From: Hyphomicrobiales bacterium
Lineage (GTDB): Bacteria; Pseudomonadota; Alphaproteobacteria; Rhizobiales; Devosiaceae
Direction: 5' to 3'
DNA: 64,000 nt
NCBI GenBank assembly: GCA_027066315.1
Contig: JAMONZ010000094.1
Location: forward strand, 2,342-66,341
A program made the translations under genes and the position numbers. Positions 57,595 through 64,000 of the stretch are shown piece by piece; within the stretch, counting starts at the first letter, position 1, and each line of letters starts with the position of its first letter. Below the pieces are notes generated by a model. The model did not search any database, was not told the origin of the DNA, and saw only the letters and a program-made list of their open reading frames with translations.

Positions 57595-58152
57595 ATGAGT
57601 TTGCTTGGATTATTTATCTTCCCCTTTTTTATGGCTTATGCCGCAAGCTCTGATCTTTTAACTATGCGTATCTCAAACAAGATTATTTTGGGCCTAATGG
57701 CAGGTTTTATTTTATTATCAATAATAATTGGCATGCCTTTAATGCAATTTGGCATTAATATTGGAATTGCCTTAATAGTACTTGTTATTACCTTTATTTT
57801 ATTTAATTTTGGCTGGATTGGCGGAGGTGATGCAAAATTAGCAGCAGCTACATCTTTATGGCTTGGCCCATCAATCACCTTAGAATATTTAGTTTATGGG
57901 TCATTCTTGGGTGGCCTTTTAACAATAATAATATTGATATTTCGCAAATTACCAATACCCTTTGGGCTAGAAAAACTAAGTTGGGTTGCAAAATTACATA
58001 AAGCTGGAACAGGAGTTCCTTACGGAATAGCCTTGGCTGCATCTGGGCTTTTAGTTTATCCTCAAACATTATTTTATACGCATCTTACAGGCCAAGAGCC
58101 GAATTCAGATGGCTTGTTTTTCCTTATAGAAAAACTACTAACTGGAAATTAA
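57595..58152 (+). CDS. cpaA: prepilin peptidase CpaA/TadV (A24 family)
   Basis: Polytopic protein with SDLLTMRISN and GGGDAKL aspartyl-protease motifs. Confidence 0.85.
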   Translation: MSLLGLFIFPFFMAYAASSDLLTMRISNKIILGLMAGFILLSIIIGMPLMQFGINIGIALIVLVITFILFNFGWIGGGDAKLAAATSLWLGPSITLEYLVYGSFLGGLLTIIILIFRKLPIPFGLEKLSWVAKLHKAGTGVPYGIALAASGLLVYPQTLFYTHLTGQEPNSDGLFFLIEKLLTGN

Positions 58153-58262
58153 CCAAACTTTCTAATGTCTGGTTAACCAAACTTTGACAATTGTAGGTGC
58201 AAACTAACGCTTAATTAGAAATGGGCGTTGTTGCGCTTATGAGTTTTTCGGAGTCGGGTTTA

Positions 58263-59315
58263 ATGAAACAGGCGCGTATTTTGCTTTTATCTGTTGCAGT
58301 TGTTGCAGGTGGAATAGCTGCTTTTTTGGCAACTAGTGGCGGTGGTCCGCAGGTTGTTCAGGGTAAAACTGAAATTAAACAAGAAACCAGAACAAGAATA
58401 ATGATTGCTTCAAAATCAATTGGCGTTGGTGAGAGGCTTAATTCTTCATTGATTCGTTGGGAGGATTGGCCAAGTGGGGCTGTTCGTCCTGAATATATCA
58501 CAAATGAGTTAACCCCTTCGGCGTTAGAGGATTTAACTGGAGCGGTTGCTAGATTTGAATTTTTTGAAGGTGAGCCAATCCGAGAGGCGAAATTGGTTCA
58601 TTCAGAGCATGGGTTTTTGTCGGCGGTTATTTCTCCTGGTATGAGAGCTGTTTCAATTGGTGTGAATGCTGAAAGTGGGGCTGGTGGCTTCATTGTCCCA
58701 AATGATCGTGTTGATGTTGTTTTAACTTCTGAGAGTGCGTTTGGTGAGAGATCAGATACTATTTTGTTAAATGTTAAAGTGTTGGTGATTGATCGTCGGC
58801 TTGGGCAAGTTGGAGAAACAGGCGGAGGAGAAGATTTAAATGATCCAGAGGGTAGGTCGTTTGAAAATGAAACTATTGCAGTTCTTGAATTAGATCCATC
58901 TCAATCTGAAATTATTATCAATGCCTCAGAAATTGGTGAATTGGCTTTAGTGCTACGCTCTGTAGCTGATTTTAATGAAAAAATTCCAAATGGTGTTGGA
59001 GTTCAAAACAACACTACAGTTCGTATGATCCGTTACGGTAAGGGGAAGGATATTTTACCAGCAGAAATAAAAATTGCTGCTCCTTCAAGCCCAAGGTCTG
59101 AATATGCACCTGTATCTTCTAACCCTTCAGCAGGTGATGCAGGCACTAGTAATGAAGTGCCAGATGGAATGATTTTTGATCCAAATATTGGTGAGATGGT
59201 TATAGATAACAGGATTGATACTGGTTCTATTGGCTCTGTGAATGACAGTCAAAATCAGGTGGGTGATGCTCCATCAGATAATACTCAAATACAAGAAAGT
59301 GCTTCAGCACAGTAA
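58263..59315 (+). CDS. cpaB: Flp pilus assembly protein CpaB with a long low-complexity C-terminal extension
   Basis: The start at MKQARILLLSVAVVAGGIAAFLA gives a membrane anchor, followed by SAF/CpaB-like domains. The last ~90 aa are Ser/Asn/Asp/Gly-rich. Confidence 0.8.
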   Translation: MKQARILLLSVAVVAGGIAAFLATSGGGPQVVQGKTEIKQETRTRIMIASKSIGVGERLNSSLIRWEDWPSGAVRPEYITNELTPSALEDLTGAVARFEFFEGEPIREAKLVHSEHGFLSAVISPGMRAVSIGVNAESGAGGFIVPNDRVDVVLTSESAFGERSDTILLNVKVLVIDRRLGQVGETGGGEDLNDPEGRSFENETIAVLELDPSQSEIIINASEIGELALVLRSVADFNEKIPNGVGVQNNTTVRMIRYGKGKDILPAEIKIAAPSSPRSEYAPVSSNPSAGDAGTSNEVPDGMIFDPNIGEMVIDNRIDTGSIGSVNDSQNQVGDAPSDNTQIQESASAQ

Positions 59316-59319
59316 AGTG

Positions 59320-60762
59320 ATGAGAAAAATTATGAATAAGATTTCAAGAGATCCAATGTTTAAAAATACAATTAAAAAAATGCTAAAAGTTACAAGTGTT
59401 GCTCTTTTGGGGTTTGGTTTGATTATGCCAATAATGCCAGTAAATGCGCAACAAATGTCACATTTGAAAATATCAAGATCAGAGGTTGGCTCAACTCAAG
59501 TTTTGCAAATAGGTAAAAATAAATCAGTTATTGTTGATTTGCCAGCAGAAGTTGGTGAAGTTATTGTATCTCAACCAAATGTTGCAGGGGTAATTTTACG
59601 CTCAAAACGACGTGCTATTATTCAAGGTGTTGATGTTGGCGGAACTAACATTTTCTTTTTAGGTGCAACTGGAGCAAAAATTGCTGTCCTTGAGATTTCG
59701 GTTACCTCTGATACTGCAGGTTTGGGAGCATCAATTGCTCGAATTATACCTGGATCAAATATTAAAGTAGAATCATTTGGTGAGAGGGTTGTTTTGTCTG
59801 GAAGTGTTCTTTCAGGCGATGATATGCAAAAAGCTGTTTCAATTGCAGCTCAGTTTGCAGGCGGTGAAGAGAATGTTGCAAATATTATTACAGTTTCTGG
59901 CGCACAACAAGTAATGTTAAAGGTTACTGTTGCAGAGGTATCTCGTGAAGCGGTGAAGCAACTTGGCATTAATTTAAGTGCTTCTTTTTCAACGGGTGCA
60001 TTGAGCACGGGTCTAGTTAATACTCCCTCGCTTGGTGGCGCATCAAATGTTACTCCTCCAAATAGTATTACTGCTGGTATTGGTTTGGGTAATCTAGCAA
60101 TTAGTGGCACTCTTAGAGCATTAGAGAGAACTGGGGCTATTCGCACTTTGGCTGAGCCAACTCTAACTGCTATGTCTGGTCAAGATGCAGAGTTTTTGGC
60201 TGGTGGTGAATTTCCTGTGCCAACAGGCATTGAAGATGGTCGGATAATTTTCGAATTTAAACGATTTGGGGTTGATTTAAAATTTACTCCAACAGTTAAA
60301 TCTAACGGAATTATTGCCCTTGAAATTGATACAAAAGTGTCTGAGCCAACAACTGAGGGGGGTTTTAATATTAATGATATTATTATCCCTGCAACTAGAG
60401 ATCGTCAGGCTAGGACTTCAGTTGAATTAAGGTCTGGTAGCACAATGGTAATTGCTGGTTTGATTGATGATAGGGTGCGTACACAAATAAATTCTCTTCC
60501 TGGAATTGGCAATTTGCCAATACTTGGAGCTTTATTTCGTTCACGTGATTTTATTCATTCACAAACAGAATTAATGATTTTAGTAACTCCTATTTTGGCA
60601 TCTGCTGGGACAACTGGGGCAATTGAATTACCAACTGATAGAATGGTTTTTTCTGGTGATGCAGAAGCGGTTTTCTTGGGGCATATTGAAAAGCTATATG
60701 GTGTTGGTAGCGGTGCTGGGGGCAATGAATATCAAGGCTCAATTGGGTTTGTCCTTGATTAA
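59320..60762 (+). CDS. cpaC: Flp pilus secretin CpaC/RcpA
   Basis: Secretin C-domain motifs (AEPTLTAMSGQDAEFLAGGEFP, VIAGLI, LPGIGNLPILGALFRS). The start is taken at the first ATG after the cpaB stop. Confidence 0.88.
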   Translation: MRKIMNKISRDPMFKNTIKKMLKVTSVALLGFGLIMPIMPVNAQQMSHLKISRSEVGSTQVLQIGKNKSVIVDLPAEVGEVIVSQPNVAGVILRSKRRAIIQGVDVGGTNIFFLGATGAKIAVLEISVTSDTAGLGASIARIIPGSNIKVESFGERVVLSGSVLSGDDMQKAVSIAAQFAGGEENVANIITVSGAQQVMLKVTVAEVSREAVKQLGINLSASFSTGALSTGLVNTPSLGGASNVTPPNSITAGIGLGNLAISGTLRALERTGAIRTLAEPTLTAMSGQDAEFLAGGEFPVPTGIEDGRIIFEFKRFGVDLKFTPTVKSNGIIALEIDTKVSEPTTEGGFNINDIIIPATRDRQARTSVELRSGSTMVIAGLIDDRVRTQINSLPGIGNLPILGALFRSRDFIHSQTELMILVTPILASAGTTGAIELPTDRMVFSGDAEAVFLGHIEKLYGVGSGAGGNEYQGSIGFVLD

Positions 60763-60823
60763 TAAATAGGTTGGCAATTTAAGGTGGTCTTGGGAAAACC
60801 CTTGATCGTAAGGAGTATTATTG

Positions 60824-62095
60824 ATGGATTTAAACGATCAAAGCACAGGTGGTAATGAGAATTATCAGGAGGGTAGTTCTGGGACTCGCCTAATTCCAAG
60901 AATTACTATTCAGGCATTTTGTGAAATATCTCAAACGGCTGAATTAGTAGAATCGTCCATGCAAGATAGGCGCATGTCACGTGTTGTCTTAACCACGCAT
61001 AATGGTGGGGTTGAGGGAGCAATTGGTGCTTATGGTGAAAATCCAACTCCAAATTTAATAATAGTTGAATCTAGCCAAACATCTGATGAGTTGATGAATT
61101 TGGTGCAGCGACTTGCAGAAGTATGTGATGCAGGCACTAATTTAATAGTTTTGGGTCATATAAATGATGTTATTCTTTATAGAGATTTGAAGAATTTGGG
61201 GGTTTCAGAATATTTAGTTTTGCCAACTTCCCCGAAAAATATTGTTAATGCCATTGCTGAGTTATTCATTTCAAGTGGGGCTACACCTATTGGTCATTCA
61301 ACTGCATTTATTGCTGCAAAAGGGGGTTCAGGCTCTTCGATAGTTGCGCACAATGTTGCGTGGGCTATAGCCAATGATATTATGCAAGATGTTTTGATTT
61401 TGGATATGGATTTAGGGTTTGGGACATCAGGTCTTAACTTTAATCAAGACCCACCTAATGGAATTGCTGATGCTTTATTTGCCTCAGATAATGTTGATTC
61501 AACTATGCTTGATCGTTTGATGTCTAAGGCTGCTAATCATCTTAATTTATTAGCCCCTCCTGCAATGTTAAATAAGACCTATGATTTTAAAGAAAAAGAT
61601 TTTGAGCAGACTATTGAATTAAGCCAACATGCAATTCCAGCAGTAATACTTGATATTCCTCATATGTGGACTAAATGGGTAAAATATACGCTTAGTATGG
61701 TAGATAGAGTGGTGATAGTTGCAGAGCCTGATTTGGCTAACCTAAGAAATGCTAAGAATATTGTTGATGAATTAAAAGTTATTCGGCCTGAAGAAAATAG
61801 CCCTATTTTGATTGTTAATAAGGTTGCCACTCCCAAAAGACCTGAAATTAGCCCGCAAGAATTTGCAGATTCACTTGATATTGAATTGTTTGGTGAAATT
61901 GCATTTGATGCTGCAACTTTTGGAACGGCCTCAAATAACGGGCAGATGATAGCCGAGATTTCAAAAAATCATAAAGCAAATGAGGTTTTCACTAATATTG
62001 CTTTTGAATTAATGGGCAGAACTAGCCACGAGGCTGCGGATAAATCTGGAGTAATGAGCATATCAGGTTTGATGAAGTTAATAAAACGAGCATAG
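60824..62095 (+). CDS. cpaE: pilus assembly protein CpaE/TadZ (receiver-like N-domain plus ParA/MinD-like ATPase fold)
   Basis: AAKGGSGSSIVAHNVA deviant P-loop. Positioned between cpaC and cpaF. Confidence 0.8.
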   Translation: MDLNDQSTGGNENYQEGSSGTRLIPRITIQAFCEISQTAELVESSMQDRRMSRVVLTTHNGGVEGAIGAYGENPTPNLIIVESSQTSDELMNLVQRLAEVCDAGTNLIVLGHINDVILYRDLKNLGVSEYLVLPTSPKNIVNAIAELFISSGATPIGHSTAFIAAKGGSGSSIVAHNVAWAIANDIMQDVLILDMDLGFGTSGLNFNQDPPNGIADALFASDNVDSTMLDRLMSKAANHLNLLAPPAMLNKTYDFKEKDFEQTIELSQHAIPAVILDIPHMWTKWVKYTLSMVDRVVIVAEPDLANLRNAKNIVDELKVIRPEENSPILIVNKVATPKRPEISPQEFADSLDIELFGEIAFDAATFGTASNNGQMIAEISKNHKANEVFTNIAFELMGRTSHEAADKSGVMSISGLMKLIKRA

Positions 62096-62125
62096 AAATA
62101 ATTATAGACAAAAGCAGGGCATTTG

Positions 62126-63625
62126 ATGTTTGGAAAACGAACAAAATTTGATGGGAGTGTGAATGTTTCGCCAAAATTAGGTGCGGATCTATCATCATCA
62201 AAAAAAGACCATATAAAACCTGATAATGAACCAAGCTCTAAAGATTTGGGGCTATCAGTTTCAAATGAAATAAAACAAAAATCAAATAATTTAAATAATG
62301 AAACTGAAGTTATCTCAAGCGGTAAAGGCAGTAAATATTTTGACACTAAAACAACAATTTTTAATGTGCTTATTGATTCTATCGATTTAAGTCATCTTTC
62401 GATGATGGATCAAGATGTTGCTCGTGAAGAAATTCGTGATATTGTTTCAGAAATTATTTCCTTAAAATCAATTGTTTTATCAATTTCTGAGCAAGAAGAT
62501 TTGCTTGATGATATTTGTAATGACGTGCTTGGATATGGGCCGCTTGAGCCATTGCTTGCTCGTGATGATATTGCTGATATTATGATAAATGGTGCGCAAA
62601 CCTGCTATATTGAGGTTGGCGGGAAGATTAAAAAAACCAATGTTCGTTTTCGTGATAATGCACATTTGATGAATATATGTCAGCGAATTGTTTCTCAAGT
62701 TGGCCGTAGGGTTGACGAAAGTTCGCCCATTTGTGATGCACGTCTTCCAGATGGCTCACGTGTTAACGTTATTGCGCCACCGCTATCTATTGATGGTGCT
62801 TGCCTTACTATTCGTAAATTTAAAAAAGATAAACTTACTCTAAAACAACTTGTTAGTTTTGGTTCAATCTCTGCTGATGGTTCAGAAATATTACGTATTA
62901 TCGGTAGATCACGAGCTAATGTGCTTATCTCTGGTGGTACTGGTTCTGGAAAAACTACTTTGCTAAACTGTATGACGGCTTTTATTGAAGCTGATGAGAG
63001 GGTTATTACTTGCGAAGATAGTGCGGAATTACAACTTCAGCAGCCCCATGTTGTAAGGTTAGAAACAAGACCACCAAACCTTGAGGGTGAGGGTGAAATT
63101 TCTATGCGTGATTTGGTGAAGAACTGCCTGCGCATGCGTCCAGAGCGGATTATTGTTGGTGAGGTGCGTGGCCCTGAGGCATTTGATTTGTTACAGGCCA
63201 TGAATACTGGTCATGATGGCTCTATGGGAACATTACACGCTAACTCTCCTCGTGAAGCACTTTCTCGGATTGAATCTATGATTACTATGGGCGGATATTC
63301 ACTTCCCTCACATACAATTCGAGAAATGATTGTTTCTTCAATTGATGTGGTTGTGCAAGCTGCAAGGCTTCGTGATGGCTCACGACGGATTACCCATATT
63401 ACTGAAATTATGGGTATGGAGGGCAATGTTATTGTTACTCAAGATGTATTTTTATACGATATTACTGGTGAAGATGCACAAGGTAATTTAACTGGTCGCC
63501 ATCGCTCAACTGGTATTACTAAGCCTAAATTTAACGAAAGAGCTCGTTATTTTAATGAGGAAGCGAACCTTGTTGCTGTGCTTGAACGTTCAAATTTAGA
63601 GCATAGAGAAATGATTGACAACTAA
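62126..63625 (+). CDS. cpaF: pilus assembly ATPase CpaF/TadA
   Basis: Walker [10 protein letters not shown], Walker B region RIIVGEVRG, and the His box [12 protein letters not shown]. Confidence 0.92.
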   Translation: MFGKRTKFDGSVNVSPKLGADLSSSKKDHIKPDNEPSSKDLGLSVSNEIKQKSNNLNNETEVISSGKGSKYFDTKTTIFNVLIDSIDLSHLSMMDQDVAREEIRDIVSEIISLKSIVLSISEQEDLLDDICNDVLGYGPLEPLLARDDIADIMINGAQTCYIEVGGKIKKTNVRFRDNAHLMNICQRIVSQVGRRVDESSPICDARLPDGSRVNVIAPPLSIDGACLTIRKFKKDKLTLKQLVSFGSISADGSEILRIIGRSRANVLISGGTGSGKTTLLNCMTAFIEADERVITCEDSAELQLQQPHVVRLETRPPNLEGEGEISMRDLVKNCLRMRPERIIVGEVRGPEAFDLLQAMNTGHDGSMGTLHANSPREALSRIESMITMGGYSLPSHTIREMIVSSIDVVVQAARLRDGSRRITHITEIMGMEGNVIVTQDVFLYDITGEDAQGNLTGRHRSTGITKPKFNERARYFNEEANLVAVLERSNLEHREMIDN

Positions 63626-63635
63626 GGAATTATAG

Positions 63636-64000
63636 ATGACTGCGCTTATTTATTTTATTTTAACATTAATCACTGTTGGGGCATTGGGTGCTGCTTTTGT
63701 GCCTTCTGTTTTTGTTTCTGGTCGAGCTGATAAGCGCATGAAACAATATCATGCAGGCTCTAGAAATAAAAGTAGAAATCCTGATCGATCCAAAACTAGT
63801 CACCGCAAGTCAGTTCAGGATAGTTTAAAATCGCAGTCTTTGGGAAGTGGTAAGAAAAAACGCATACCTTTAAAGACAAAAATATTCCAAGCGGGTATGA
63901 GCATTAGTGCTGCAGGTTTTATAAGGAATACGCTTATTGCAATATTTGTTGTTTTTATTATTTTCTTCTTTATAGGGCAACCTGTCTGGCTGGCTACAAT
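63636..64000 (+). CDS. tadB: TadB-like pilus inner-membrane protein, N-terminal part (continues beyond the window)
   Basis: Hand translation gives MTALIYFILTLITVGALGAAFVPSVFVSGRADKRMKQY... Located immediately downstream of cpaF. Partial ORF only. Confidence 0.65.
   Translation, partial: MTALIYFILTLITVGALGAAFVPSVFVSGRADKRMKQYHAGSRNKSRNPDRSKTSHRKSVQDSLKSQSLGSGKKKRIPLKTKIFQAGMSISAAGFIRNTLIAIFVVFIIFFFIGQPVWLAT

Noticed and set aside
1-64000. Mobile elements, prophage, integrase/transposase genes, tRNA or rRNA genes.
   Set aside because: No ORF has transposase/integrase-like motifs, no intergenic region above 100 nt shows tRNA-like sequence, and gene content is contiguous chromosomal metabolism.

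Overview
AT-rich alphaproteobacterial chromosome segment, almost entirely coding. No rRNA, tRNA, IS element, prophage or CRISPR array was seen. Content in order: (1) the cbb3 oxidase operon ccoNOQP (ccoP truncated at the window start, ccoQ missing from the ORF track), a hemerythrin-like gene, fnrL and a tandem-domain universal stress protein, with FNR-type boxes in both intergenic regions. (2) A DUF900-type lipoprotein hydrolase, a hemY-like/alpha-Mic60 (mitofilin) pair, and tsaD-gpsA-yciI-SIMPL. (3) A cobalamin biosynthesis cluster of about 21 kb (13.0-34.4 kb) in several transcription units. The first unit starts with a canonical cobalamin riboswitch followed by a CbiM-like membrane protein, cobW, cobN and cobO. 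Later units carry cbiX(long)-cobH-cobL-cobI-cbiG/cobJ-cobM, cobK-cbiD, cobB-cobQ-cobD and cobU. (4) A tightly coupled three-gene coiled-coil operon (TelA-like protein, single-pass membrane protein, 496-aa protein with a Ser/Arg/Gly tail) with no assignable function; this is the best candidate for undescribed biology. (5) A CoxG-like gene and a YnjBCD-like ABC transporter. (6) A 12-gene nucleoside uptake and catabolism block: BMP-type ABC transporter, cdd, deoC, a double aldehyde dehydrogenase, deoA, deoB and upp. (7) A Tad/Flp pilus locus, whose flp pilin gene is also missing from the ORF track. DNA-level oddities: a GC-rich tandem repeat with a hairpin fused in frame to the 3' end of a permease gene; a REP/MITE-like imperfect palindrome family with three copies, all in cob intergenic regions; and a 178-nt leader of unknown type ahead of the cbiX unit. 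All family assignments come from reading motifs in the translations. No database search was run.
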